A DNA stretch of 63,479 nt, the filler included, from Octopus bimaculoides (lineage: Eukaryota), in NCBI RefSeq assembly GCF_001194135.2. It is 7 parts of 6 records of this genome, joined end to end, with 100 filler letters (N's around TTAATTAATTAA, not from the genome) between each part and the next. Parts side by side here need not be neighbours in the genome. Positions count along the whole stretch, not along the records: positions 1 to 15,616 come from NC_068985.1; 6 more parts are not named here. One strand, given 5' to 3'. Of this stretch, positions 1-14,046 are shown piece after piece (within the stretch, counting starts at the first letter, position 1; each line of letters opens with the position of its first letter). The notes under the pieces are model-generated. The model made no database searches. It saw nothing but the letters and a program-made list of their open reading frames with translations, and was not told the origin of the DNA. Position numbers and translations under genes: made by a program.

Positions 1-53
<53 letters not shown>
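1..53. repeat. (CA)n microsatellite, representative of dozens of (CA/TG)n, (TA)n, (TACA)n, (AAT)n, (CAA)n, (GAT)n and (CAC)n tracts in the window
   Basis: Direct reading. Confidence 0.99.
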
Positions 54-55
<2 letters not shown>

Positions 56-1008
56 AAACAAACACACTCATGCACATACGCCAACGTACGCGCACAAATG
101 TATACTTTGATTTTCCGCGCTGACTCCGTCTACTATCTTCGATCGCATTGGTCAACTCATGGCTACAGTTGTAGGTACTTCCCGAAGGTAACGGTCAATG
201 ATATCAAACCTGCAACCGAGTGAAAATGAAGCAAAACTTCTTAATGTCTTATAAGAGTTACGAGTTATAATCAAAATCTATAGAATTATAAAGTATATAC
301 CAAACTTGTCTGGAGTAAAAGAACTTTATGCCACAGGAAATTGAAACCAAAGAATTTTGCTTGGTTCTCTATCTTCTGAACTAGACATGCATTCAGAAAA
401 GTTTGACTTATGTGTGTGTTAAGATAGGGCGACGAATAAAATCTGTTTCGTACGTTTGCGGAATAAGCCAATTCAATCCATATGTAAGTGGGAGTTTTAA
501 GTTATGAGACAATAGAACATAAAACCACAACTGGAAAACTACAGAAACTCGACTGAAAAAGAAAAAGCATTTAACAAATTTGCTGTTCCTGATTGAACAG
601 GTATAGAATTTCCACAAAGAATTCTATATATTTTCCCGTGAAACCGATTGCCAATATGTTTGCAGAGGATCAATACCATCATCAACTACCTAACATTTGG
701 GTTCAATCAATTGTGATTACCCAGTTTGCTTATTGATCCATATTGATTGGTTAGCATTTGGCATTAATCTATATTGACAAACTAGTGTTCAACATCGATC
801 AGTAAGTAGTGCTATATTCTTCAATGAGGATTAATAAAATGGGAAATTATACGTTTGTACTCATACACACTCTAATACACACAGATATATATNNNNNNNN
901 NNNNNNNNNNNNNNNNNNNNNNNNNNNNNNNNNNNNNNNNNNNNNNNNNNNNNNNNNNNNNNNNNNNNNNNNNNNNNNNNNNNNNNNNNNNNNNNNNNNN
1001 NNNNNNNN

Positions 1009-1058
<50 letters not shown>

Positions 1059-2766
1059 TGCATATATAAAAATACAAACATATATGTGTGTATATGCATA
1101 TAATATAATAAGCATATATATATGTGTGTGTGTGTGCGCGCATGTACATGTATGATATATATATATATACATATATATACATATATATATACATGTATGT
1201 ATGTATATATATATGTATGTATGTATGCGTGTGTATGTGCGCGCGTGCGTATTTCTTCTATAGATTGTAGAACATTCTACTCCAAGTAATACTGATTGAC
1301 ATTTTATTTATTATTGTTTTTAAATATTTTTATTTACTGCTTTATATTCTATATGCTTCTATTGGTTGGATAGACTTCTAAATTGTGTCGATTTTTACAG
1401 TATATGTTATACAGTTGGATGCTTTTACAAATACAAACAATTCATCTGTAAGGGGAACTTAAATCAGTAGTTTTGTTATTGATCATGATAATGGTGGCAG
1501 TGAAATTGATATTAGTGTTGGTGGTGATGGATGAGGTGATGTGTTGTATAATTAATTGGATTATACAGACGTTATAGAAGATTTTATCTTTGTTTAGCTT
1601 TTCTTAGAAAATTTACTTTTTAACTTTAGCCATACAGGTCTTGGGAAACTTCTGGGCTAATGAAAAAAAACTCATAAATTTTACTCTGTTCGTCCCGTTT
1701 ACAGCTGTAATATAAAGCAACCAGCTATAGCAGTTATTTATTGATTCAAGCACTTCTTTCATTTAGTTAATAACTGCTATCACCTCAGTGTTTCATGACA
1801 GGAGTGTGACACAACACTGATATTGAAAGTTATTATTAACTAAGATAAGGAAACAAATAGCTAACTCTGTCGGTGCTTTTGCTATTTGGCTAAATAAAAG
1901 GCATGATTCTACCAAAAATGCAGCAACAATGGTACATACATACATACATACATACAGACATGTAGATAATCTAGATTGAGTATGATCTGAGTTCCAATGC
2001 CACTGATGACTACTTCGCCTTTTATCTTCTTTTCGAACTCAATAAAGCAAATTACCTCACCTTTTCTCTAAATTTGATCGTTTCTGCTTAGATTGAATAT
2101 CACTATTAATATTCGTGACTACTGAACAAATAGTCACATGTTCAAATTTTACTACTGTCATTTTTTTGTATCCGCGAGCAACATATATTTCACCGGCTCC
2201 AGTGAGTGTAGCAAAACAAAAAAAAAAGAAAAAAACAAAGTGATCCCACTTTTATTTCACTCACCAGCAGATAGAGTAACGAGGGTGTCATGTAGTGTAC
2301 GCTGTTGTTCCATGCAGCAGTTTATTGCCGTTTAATGCAGGGTTTAATAAAAAAAAATAAGTCAATAGTTAAATTACGTGTCTATTTCTAATTTCTGTTG
2401 TAATTTTTCAACAAAAGACAACCAAGTTTTATATCACTGATGCCTTTACGACTCGAAAATCGATATTATTTCATTCGTATAAACATGGAACACTTCTTTA
2501 ACCAGTGGTGTGCCATGGCAAAGCAAACCTATGATCAAACTAATACAGCTATGACCGTTCCGTTATGGTAGTCCTCGTTATCTTATCTTATATGCCTTGT
2601 CATTAAATAATACTATATGGTGGGATTTGAAGGAGAACTGGTTGACATTTCTAACGCGGTGAGTAATCACGAATCAGCTTTATGATCGGAGTTCCAAGCT
2701 CCGCTATGATGACACTTTACTCTTATTCTCCGCCAATTACAAAACGAAGAAAAATGAATATTCATC

Positions 2767-4330
2767 TTTTTTTTTAATTGAAACTCCCATATAAGGCGAA
2801 AAGCCTTATGTAAGGGACCATGAAGAAGAAATTAAGGGGAAAGAAATAAATGTTTCTTTAGACTTGAAAGAGGTCAGTCATGAGAAGTAAAATAATGAGA
2901 TGAAAGAGAGTTCTCCGACGATAGAAATACTTCCTTATTCGTAAAAGAACAACAGCATTTGAGTGAAGACGCTGTGAGATTCGAATCAGTCGAGATGACA
3001 CAAATTGATTTGGAATTTAAAAAGTTCATCAGAACACTTCGGTGGTAGTCACGATAGAAGAGACTAAGACTGGCGACAAGGGTTGCAGAGTTGAAGCAGG
3101 AGAGGGACTAATCAAATTAGAGACTCGCTTCTAAACTCGGTCGAGGAGATCCAAATGACAAGATGGTGCTTCTGCCCAAATATGACAACAGTATTCCATA
3201 CTAGGCCGAATTGTAGACTTGTAAAGAAACGAAATAGCCTCGGGTGTTGGTAGTCCTTTGACCTATACACTGAACCCACTTTACGGGAAGCAGACCTACC
3301 AGTTGATTGTATGTAGAATCTTCATGGAAGATCAGGTGAAAAATTAAGGCCAATCAATTTCAAAGAAAACCTTTCCTCAAGTGACATGAATGGTTCACTA
3401 TGTAACACTTCAGACTAATGGGAGAAAGATAGGGTTGAAAGTTACTAGTCACTTCTCGCTCCGTTTCTTATTGCTTTGCAGATCTACTTCAGGAGTAACT
3501 GCGAATTCCAAAACTTATAGGGATTGCCAAGTAAATCAGAATTGAAAGAAGAATCATCAGCATAAACATCGATGAACTGAAAAACATTGGCAGGAAGATC
3601 GTTAATGTAGAGGAGAAATGAAGTTAGACAAAAACAGAGCCTTGAGGAACACCGACATTTATAAAATACTCAGAAGTAACACCTTCCAGAGTACACGAAC
3701 ATACGACTGAAAGGAATGAGAAGATAATATCAAAGACCTTTCCACATACTCTATAGGCAGAGAGCTTAAAGAATAAACCAGTATGCGAAGCCCCACCAGA
3801 AACTTCGGATATATCAAGAGCTATTGCACGAACCTCTCCTGATTTATCCATAAATCGGTAGAAACTCTCCTGATTTATCCATAAATCGGTAGAACCTCTC
3901 CTGATTTATCCATAAATCGGTAGAACCTCTCCTGATTTATCCATAAATCGGTAGAAGCGATCAGCAGTAGAACGAAAGTCACGAAAACCGTACTGAACAT
4001 CAACAAGGAACCCCAAGCTATTGATAATGAGCCGTCCAAGACCTTAATAACAGCTAATACGTGGCTAAAAGGGTGATACTTTTTAGGATCAGAAGTTTCG
4101 GGATCATTCTCAAAAATTTAGCTAACGCGAGATACGTCCCAGCAAGATGGAGAACAATACTTATCAAGGCGAAGATTAAATAACTTAGGGAGCAAATAAG
4201 AAATCTCTGAAGAACACTGATTCAAGATGGCCAGAGGAATATTGTTAGGACCAGATGTTTTAGATTGATCAAGCCCAAAGATCACCTTAGCAACTAACTT
4301 GATAAAGTACGTTTAATGAGAGATTTTGAT
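2767..4330 (-). mobile_element. 5'-truncated CR1-like LINE (RT domain and 3' end)
   Basis: Minus-strand motifs LDQSKTSGPNNIPLAILNQCSSEIS, AIALDIS, GVPQGS, LLYINDLP and VYADDS. The 3' end has a stem-loop (taaggc-ttttc-gcctta) and an A-tail at 2767-2775. Confidence 0.85.
3830..3953. repeat. 4 x 31-bp tandem repeat inside the CR1 RT region
   Basis: Unit gaacctctcctgatttatccataaatcggta at 3830, 3861, 3892 and 3923, near-identical, no spacers. Confidence 0.95.
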
Positions 4331-4980
4331 GTTTGATACATTTTCCTATGATTATGGTTTATAAGGCTTGGGTTGAATTCAAACTTTTCCGAAATTAGTT
4401 CACCGGGAAATTTTTACTATGACGTAATATAGCTGAGTTGAAACAAAGACTTATAGCAGAATATGAACACAAAATCCATATACTACAGATTATTCTGGCA
4501 TAGCAAAGCTAGAAAATTTCTTTGTTTATTTCTCGATAGTCTACTACCAAGGCCGAACACATTTCTGTAATGTGATGTAATTTCTTTAATTGGATATATA
4601 AACATATTCAAGTTTATTAGTGTTGTAAGAAAGGTGAGAAAAAGAGACGGAGAGTAGATTTTGAATAATTTCAGTTCCACATAAATATTTATAGTTCTGC
4701 GTGATTGAAACTCTGTAAATATCTTAAAGATATTTGAGCAATATCAAGTATGTTTCATAGAAAATTAAACATTGTAACCCCTCCCTTCATCCTCTCTTTC
4801 GCTACAAAATTGACAGCTAAACCTTTGACATATCATAAAACCAAAAGTATGCGAGTGTATCTGTGTGTATGTGAATTTATGTCTGTTTAATATATATATA
4901 TATATGATTGTATGTATATATGTATATGTGTGTGCATGTATGTATGCATGCATGTATGTATGTGTGTATGTATATACGTG

Positions 4981-5041
<61 letters not shown>

Positions 5042-5224
5042 CTAGAGCAAGGCACGATTTTAGAAGGTTTAGGCGATAATATAGGCATCCATCTGAACTT
5101 GGCAATTATTTCGGGGCTACCTATTTCTCGAACTAATAATATATAAGAAATAAGAAAGCAAAATATAAAAAACACCGGCGCTTGTACACAGATGCACACG
5201 CAGAGTGCGAAAGAAGTATATATA

Positions 5225-5754
<530 letters not shown>

Positions 5755-5795
5755 CATACATACATTGAGAGAGAGCGAATGTGAGATGGATAGAT

Positions 5796-5831
<36 letters not shown>

Positions 5832-5837
5832 GTAGTT

Positions 5838-5945
5838 AGATGGATGGATGGATGGATGGACGGACGGACGGACGGACGGACGAACGGATGGACGGACGGA
5901 TGGATGGATGAAAGGAAGGATGGATGAATGGATAGATGGATGGAT
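5838..5945. repeat. Compound (GGAT)n/(GGAC)n microsatellite
   Basis: Direct reading. Confidence 0.95.
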
Positions 5946-6229
5946 GTATACACGCAGTGACCTGCAAGATGGTACCGATGGTAGATGACATTCTTTTATA
6001 AGACCATTGACTAATCATTTTAGTGAAGAAACATAACCTGTAACCTGAGACCTAGAAATTTCTGAAACTCTGTTGCCACACTACTCCATCCAAATCTATC
6101 TAACGAACCCCACTTCCTGTAGTCGTCTGCTAATATGTGTCTTCTAATAAGGCATAAATCTTAATCACGCTAGTGGTTACAACTTCTGCGTATCACAACC
6201 TAGGCAGTTCAGTTAGTGATTTTACTTAC

Positions 6230-6277
6230 CGTCTAAATCCAGATATACGGATCTATTCTCAGGATAGCCTGGTTGCA
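6230..6277 (-). CDS. Candidate 48-bp internal exon of an unidentified gene
   Basis: Acceptor attatttttccttcag and donor G|gtaagt. Only the phase-1 frame is open: (x)QPGYPENRSVYLDLD(G). No family recognised and no neighbouring exon identified. Confidence 0.3.
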
Positions 6278-6504
6278 CTGAAGGAAAAATAATCTGAGTC
6301 CATGTTTGACAGTGTTCAGTGCTTCGTGCAGTCATGACCATTATTGACTCTTATTTCCAAAAGCTTCTCTCCAGAAAGGACATTGGAATAGGTTCAAATG
6401 CATTCTGCTTTGAATACTTAGGTTGTGCTTCCCGAAACGTGCTTGGTAAGCTATCAATCATGTTTGAGTGAGCACTTGATGCCATTTTAGTGGTGGTTGG
6501 TAGT

Positions 6505-6555
<51 letters not shown>

Positions 6556-6739
6556 GGAGGANNNNNNNNNNTGGTGGCGGTGGTGGAGGAGGAGGAGAAG
6601 GAGGAGAAGGAGGTACAGTGAAATACTGATTTTCTTTATTGCTACCGCAATTGGTGGTGTAGCTGCTAGTGCTATGTGGTGCTGCTACTACTCTGGTGCT
6701 ACTACTACAGCAGATAGCAAAACCTGACCATTCTAATCT

Positions 6740-9560
6740 ATAGCTGAAAATAATTCAGGAATTACAAATACTTGAAAATTGTCATACGGACCAAAGAAAA
6801 TATCCACCGAGGAAAACACTAAACGATAAAATGGCAACAATAATAAAAACAAACCTGACTATCACAGATTTAATTAAAACAGACACAAACATCAATATCA
6901 GATTTTTTTCCAAGTAGGAATATCAAAATCCAATCAAACAAAATGAAAAACAAATGTACAGTAGAAAATAAGAGAATAGATCTCTCAAACCTTAATGAAA
7001 TCAATAACGAAACAACACAACGGAAAAAAGTTAACAGTAACAAAAACTACAGAAAAATAGCATAACAAAAAGTGTATCTAAAATCAAAGAAGCCTGAAAT
7101 CGCGAAAATACAGTGATATAAAAAAAATCTATTCTGTGAACAAAATAAACAGTCAAACCCAAAGCGATGTTATCAAGAATGAGTTATAAAATAAGATAAA
7201 AATCAATGCACTACCAACAGCAAGAGAAGAATTTAGGAAATGAAGGAATTGCCAAGAACAAGTTTGTTCAAAACAACTAACACGGAATCTGAGCAAGTGT
7301 GGAAGGCCACTGTAGCAGAAATAACCCAGATATTGTAAGAAAACAACTGGGAGGCACCGGGACATGATTAACTTTCAAAATTTCTGATTAAAGTAACTAA
7401 TAGGGTCACATAAGGTGTTAGCAGAGAAATTTGATGCGGTATTGACGGAACCTTAGACAAAACTTGCTTCACAGAAGGGAAGGCCATCTTAATCCCCCAG
7501 TACTAACAAAACAAAAAAGCCTTAGAAATAAAAGATCCAGAACCAATATTGTAAGGTCAAGGTCAAATATAAAAATAAAGGACACCACGTTGAATAGTTG
7601 CATGCCTCTCACAGCAAAACTACAGCCAACGCATATAAACATTATAAAACGTTCATTTGAGTTATGAAGGAAATGAAGGAAGTTTTGATGAAAAATATTG
7701 CATGTGATGCAGTAGAGAAGGAATGGATTTCAAAATGAAATATAACACAAGATCGTAAAATGGAAAGAGAATAACTTATACACATATTATGCAAGGAAAA
7801 TTGTAAATATTAGGCTACACCAAATATAACCTACAACAAATTAATGGCAACATCACCACAAATCAAATATCAATTCTGAAGAAAATATTGGAGAGCCTAC
7901 ACGAAAGAGTCGAACGATGATTAAAACTATTGAAACCCGGATGGAAACTCAACAAAGTACAAAGCTACAAAAAATAACATACCTCATACGTGGTCATATA
8001 ATGAAAGACTCTTATTACACAAGATATTATAGAATACAGCAAAAAAAGGAAAACAAACTATACGATGGCCTGAATTTACTCCCAAAATAAATATGGTGCC
8101 ATTCTATAGACAGATATATACGAGGCACACTAAATAAACCGATTTCAAAACCAAAACATAACATCTGTCATACCATGTCAATTCGAAAATATCAATACCA
8201 CTGCAAAAAAAGTCAAATTATAACAAACCCGTAAGAAGAGCAATGTTTCATGAAACTGACCTTAATTTATTTGTTTTATTTTTATTTTATTTTTGTTTTT
8301 ATTCTTTTCTTTTTTAATTTTTGCCTAGCTTTGACTCCGTTAAAAAATGTGTCGAATGAAAAAAGAATTGGGCATAGAGTCTAGAGTTTAATTATAAATA
8401 ATTTTCTCTGCATGGATGATTGAGAATATTACGTCGTAAAATACCCATTTCGCAAATTTAGATATAATTGGTAAGAAATTCAGCCAAGGCAACAAAATGA
8501 CTATGGGATTTGTCGAATATTTTAAAGCTAGAATAACAAGCAAATTAATCAAAACCGTTAGATATGTTAAGTATGCTACATGCTAGGCCGGAATCACGAA
8601 TACAATTTCCTAAGGAATCCATAAAACTTATAAAACTACAACATAGATTTGCAGAAAATTAGAAAAGAATACTACAGATTACAAATACTAAAACCTGATA
8701 TCAGTGATAGAAATCAGGTGGTAAGTAAAAATGCGCTGCAATCCTCAATAATAAATTACAGATTCAGCATAAGAAATAGAAATTTTAATAAACGCAAAGA
8801 TGATACTGAAGAACTAGAAAACTATTGATGTCCTGAAAGCAGCACCCACCAAACTGATATCAATAAATTTGCCTACATCGCACACCAGGTGGGTGATATC
8901 TGATACAGTACAAAAACCACTAAAGTGGGACTAGAAAAATATTCAGAAGCGAACAGATGGAAATTGATTAGATGGAAATATATAGATGGAAAAATCTTTA
9001 GATGTTTATAAGGAAACAATCAAATATAAACTGGAAACTAATTACTCTGAAGAAAATATTTAAATAAAGACTTGATTACAAAAACGATGCAGAAAAAGAA
9101 TGACATCCAAATTATGCAGAAGAAAATGGAGATAAAAAACATCCATGGTCAGAATCTTCATAGCTAAAAAGATGTAAAGCAGTTGGAAGTTAACTATCAT
9201 AAAAACCATTGACTAAAATTAGAAGCGAATAATTTGATCTATTAAAAGCACAAGTCCAATGATTAGTCATACAGATCTACAAAAATGTAATAATAGCAAA
9301 GGTAATAACGGCAAGAATTCATTGTGCTACTAGTACAATAAGACAATTGACCATTCCAGCTGCCCAGTTCTTGTCATTTGTAAGAATATTTACAGACAAG
9401 AACTGCTAGTAGTTATATCTACTAGGCAATATTCTAATAGCTGAACTCAGAAACAGATTAAAGTGCTATAAGAGGATACATGAAAACAACTCGCAGAAAT
9501 TATCTAGAAAATGCCTCTCTAAAATAACGAGTAGAACTGGCCAGTGTCAATACCAAGGGC
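6740..9560 (+). mobile_element. Heavily decayed R4/Dong-clade LINE
   Basis: Colinear remnants: NWEAPGHD (~7345, NWKAPGxD-like), LCMDD (~8406, YMDD-like), KKFSQGNKMTMGF (FSxDIxMxFG-like), KIRKEYYR (~8655), HPPN*YQ (HPKADI-like). A-rich coding strand; many indels. Confidence 0.68.
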
Positions 9561-10790
9561 TGAGTGAAAACTGTATGTACACCGATAAAATTTGTAATCC
9601 TTTCGAACGAAAGGGTGTTTAAAAAGTACTAAAATACTAATATGTATCTTTGACTTGAAATAAACGTGAAATGTGTGTAACTGACTATATATGATTAAAA
9701 AAAAAGTGTTAAAATTTTAGAAAACATACTATGGCGCCAAGCGTTGCAGAGAGTTTACACATTCTGCACTACACAATCTATGGCACTCCACCAATACAAA
9801 CAACACATACTCTGTGGTAACCATAAAATAATGGCTTCAAATTTTGGTACAAGGCCAGTACTTACGATAAAATTATGCAACACACCCTCCCTAGAAATCG
9901 AATATACGACACTACGGCTTCAACCACTCACACAATTCACACTCGACTCAACTAAGTCTTCAATTGACTTTTGCTTCCACAAATGTAGCAACTGGAACTT
10001 TTGCCTTGCACGACGTATAACATACCCCTTGTTCGTGCACCTACAACACAGAACAACTTTGACGTGATTTGTGGAGATCATTAGATTGTCTGAATTCATT
10101 TTGACCCCATCAGATGCCAACATATCACATAATATTTACTTCTTTGTTCGTTCCAGTACATAGTCAGCAGACAGACGGTGTTCTGTAAAACTGTCATATT
10201 CACTTTTCATCTTCCTCTGAGAAAAATATTCGTATTCAAATATTCTGTGTTGTTTAACAGAGATGATGTTGTCATACGAATTGGCAGAGTTTCCATTTTA
10301 TAAAGTGTGTTTGTATTTGCCATCGTTGTTGTTGCTGACATTTCTACTCGCGATATTGAAAGCTGCATTTTTGGGTGTTTACTTTTACTTCGTATTCAGC
10401 GTTAATATCTTGCTCTGCAATTAAATTACATTTCTTTTTTTCTGTTTGTGAACTGTGTTATTTTGTTCTTTGTGTTTTTGGGAGGCGTGGCTCGAAATAT
10501 TCGCAGTCTTTTTTGTTTTGTGTCTGTGTGTGTGTGTGGGTGTGGGTGTGTGTGGGTGTGTGTGTGGGTGTGTGCGTGCGCGCGCGTAGACAACGTGAAG
10601 GAGATATATAATTTGTCTGAGAAAGCTCTTTCTTCCCGTATGGATATACACTAAATAGTTTGAAAATATCTGTATCCATGCAAGTTCAATAAGATTCTTT
10701 TCATGTAGTAAAACTCTTTTACTTCAAGGAGCGACCTGAAAAGGTGTGACACGTAATGCTTAGTAATGATGATGATGATGAGGTGGCGGC

Positions 10791-10853
10791 GGTGGTAGCT
10801 TTTGTGGCGACGGTGGTAGCTTTTGTGGCGACGGTGGTAGCTTTCGTGGCGAC
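10791..10853. repeat. 3 x 21-bp repeat within a (GGT/GGC)n tract
   Basis: ggtggtagcttttgtggcgac x3. Confidence 0.9.
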
Positions 10854-10999
10854 GGTGGTGGTGGTGGTGACGGCGGTGGTGGCTTGGCCGCGGTGGTGGC
10901 AGTGGTGGGGGTGCTGACGGCGGTGGTGATGGCGACGGCGGTAGTGGTGGTGGTGATAATAAGGATGAATATGGTACAACTCAAAATAAAATAACAGAA

Positions 11000-11310
11000 T
11001 CATAGGTAAAGCAAATACAGTTATAAAATCAATCTTGAATGAAAATGAAGTCGATCTAGCCTTACTGAGTAATCCATTTTATGCTGCAGCTTGAATAAGC
11101 ACTACATTGTGTGATGGTATTCAAGGAAAAAGAAAGACCCAACATATAAACAGGATACCTGCATGGCAAGAGAGAATTAGAAATAAAATTAATGCACTCA
11201 GATCTAATACTGAAATACTAAAGAACATCAAGAGCGAAGAAAATGTTAAGATATCAAAAGCTAAGATGCAGAATAGGAAATATAACATAAAACAGAAAAC
11301 TGAAATCGAT
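11000..11310 (+). mobile_element. R4/Dong LINE ORF fragment (region upstream of RT)
   Basis: ORF 11107-11358 contains IPAWQERIRNKINALRSN, similar to the P(A/S)WxxRIxxxIxxLR segment of R4/Dong ORFs and to the 6.9-kb region of the copy above. Confidence 0.5.
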
Positions 11311-11414
11311 GGTCTGTTTTCGTTTGAGTTACTTTTATTACTATTTTTAGGAGGCTGAGCTTTTTCATCAGATAAGTGGATAAAAGTAAACTATTTAAGA
11401 CAATTTCTGACGCT

Positions 11415-11480
11415 ACTAAGGTTATATAAGGTCCAAACCCAGTACTGTCCCTACATCTGGGATGACGCTGCTTCTACATA
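11415..11480 (+). mobile_element. Small CR1-like LINE 3' fragment
   Basis: QYCPYIWDDAAS resembles the EYCSHIWxGA motif of CR1-type ORF2 C-termini. Confidence 0.4.
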
Positions 11481-13199
11481 CACTCACACTGTTGCCGTTT
11501 TCTTCAGAGTAGGCTCCTGACTAGCTCAATTTAAACCGCATATTGCATCTGATCACTAGGCCCAGTCCTTTCCCTCAAGAATAATCATTCCTTTGATGCC
11601 TCCTCCACCTCGTGTTTTTCTTGCAGGTTTCAGTCCGCAGCAAATTAAGCGGAACATTTATGGTATCAATCTCATTGGTTTCAGTGGGCATGCACAGACC
11701 ATAAATACTAGACTTTCATTAGATCCAGCAAGAGAAACGAAAAGAAATGTTAACGTCGCCATGATAGAAAATTGTAAGACAATTATAACTTGGGTCTTTA
11801 ACACCTGAATTGGTTTAGATGGATTTGTACCGGAGAAATTAATAGTGTTTCAACTGCCAGAAATAACAAAACGGTGAAACACACGAGAAGCAAATACATA
11901 AAGCAAAACATTTCAAGTCCATCCGAACTGGAAGTGTGAAAGAAACAAACATGTTTAGCTATAACGAGATTGGAATTGGAAATATTTATCATCAGATCCG
12001 TCCCAGTGGAGCTTATAAAGGATTAAAATCATTCTGGATATGACCATGCTATGAGTTTGTATATTAAGGAACACATTAACATGTGTTTCATTCCTTCTTT
12101 TAAAGATGATAGTGTTCGATTTCAGGATTATTTGGTTGCTAACTTAGGAATTAAAGGCTCTCTCGTTGGATGGAGTCACGATATTCTTAAGCGTCTTCAA
12201 ACCAAAATACCTTTATGCCTTGTTAAAGTATCGATCGCTCTTTGACAGGTTTATGATTGAGCCTGTGGCTGAGGCGTTCCCTCCCCCCCCNNNNNNNNNN
12301 NNNNNNNNNNNNNNNNNNNNNNNNNNNNNNNNNNNNNNNNNNNNNNNNNNNCACCACCACCACCACCACCATATCCCTACTCTCCGCTATCGGGGCAGAG
12401 ATGGCTATCCGCAAGTGCAAGCCCTGTGAGACAGAGTGGCGCATGTCACTCACCAGCCTTTTTCGAGAGAATGTAAGAATTTCATAACATACTACACAAA
12501 TCCAATTTATCACCGTTGATGATGACTGACAATTTTATTCAATATGCGCGTAAGGAATGCGCTGCTACTCTCAGAATTCGATACATGATCCAGTAATATT
12601 AAAAGGAAGTTCAAGAGATGTTTGGCAGAACAACGACAATGAAAGCATTCCTAAGTAAAGAAATCAAGTCAAAATATTTCCATAGTATTTCTAGTTTGAG
12701 GAATTAAAACTTTCCGCCAATTTTCGACGCCTCTTTCTATTATACTTTTGGTACTTTCCCAGTCTAAAATAAAATTACATATTAGAACAGCACCCATTCA
12801 AGAATTCTATTGGATTTAGTGGTGCCCACCACTCCCCCAGGAGAAGAAGTTCGCTCTCTTTTGATAGATCTTTTGCTTTAGTATATTTGACTCATCACCT
12901 ACATTGGAAGTGTCTCTAGTCAGGGTGGTCTTTTATTCATCTAAATACTACCTGACGATATGGTTTCCAGTAGCAGACTTTTACCATCCAGCTAAGAAAT
13001 TCATCCTGGCTTAACTTAGAAATAAATCCCTGGGATAAAATAATTTTTTTGGTCCGATTGCTCTTTGTTTACTACTTCTTCTACCTACGATTTTTATGTT
13101 TTCATCTATTTATTTCAATTCCACTTTTGATTGGTTACTTGAATACTTGACTTGAAGCATTAGCTCTTTGAACTTATGTCTCAGTTTTACTTTCTTCTC

Positions 13200-13244
13200 T
13201 ATTCACTTTCTTTGTTTCTCCTTCTATCTCTTTCTCTTTCTCTT

Positions 13245-13275
<31 letters not shown>

Positions 13276-13441
13276 TTCTCTGTCCCTTTCTGTCTAACCT
13301 GTATCTTATACCATCATTGCACATCACATCTTTCATTATTTACTTGTCCACAACCCTAATAACAAAACCAGTAGGCCTAAAACATCTCTCCCGTCCTCTC
13401 TCTCTCTCTCTGTCTGCCTGTCTGTCTCTCTCTATCTCTCG

Positions 13442-13526
<85 letters not shown>

Positions 13527-13675
13527 TCTCTCTCTCTCTCTTTCTCTGTCTCTTTATGTCTAACCTGTATCGTATACCATCATTGCACATCACTCCACTT
13601 TGAATTCTTTCATTATTTACTTCGGCCTAAAACTTTTCTCCCGCCCTCTCTCACTCTTTGTCTCTGTCTGTCTGT

Positions 13676-13706
<31 letters not shown>

Positions 13707-13710
13707 AGAT
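13200..13710. repeat. (CT)n field containing an imperfect ~110-120-bp duplication
   Basis: tgtctaacctgtatc(t/g)tataccatcattgcacatcac...ggcctaaaac occurs in both 13275-13400 and 13541-13650. Confidence 0.85.
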
Positions 13711-14009
13711 GAAGTAAAAAGTCCCGAAATGTTAGATACTTCACACCATATAGCAAACGTAACTTAGAACACTTCTAGTCTCCTATCGTCTTGTTGATGC
13801 TGATACACACAACCGAAAAACAGAATACAAATTCCGAGAAAATTGTCTGCATTTATGACTCATTCCTCTTGAATTAAATTTCTACTACCATGATTGCCAT
13901 TATGATTACCTTAATGATAATAATCATCATTATATTTAAAATAGGCTTCTTTTCCTCTCTTCCTCCTCCTCTTCTTCCCCTTCTTCTTCTTCTTATTCCT
14001 CTTCTTCTT

Positions 14010-14046
<37 letters not shown>

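Noticed and set aside
3830-3953. 31-bp palindromic direct repeats as a CRISPR array
   Set aside because: The units are contiguous with no spacers, there are no cas genes, the context is eukaryotic, and the unit is LINE RT coding sequence.
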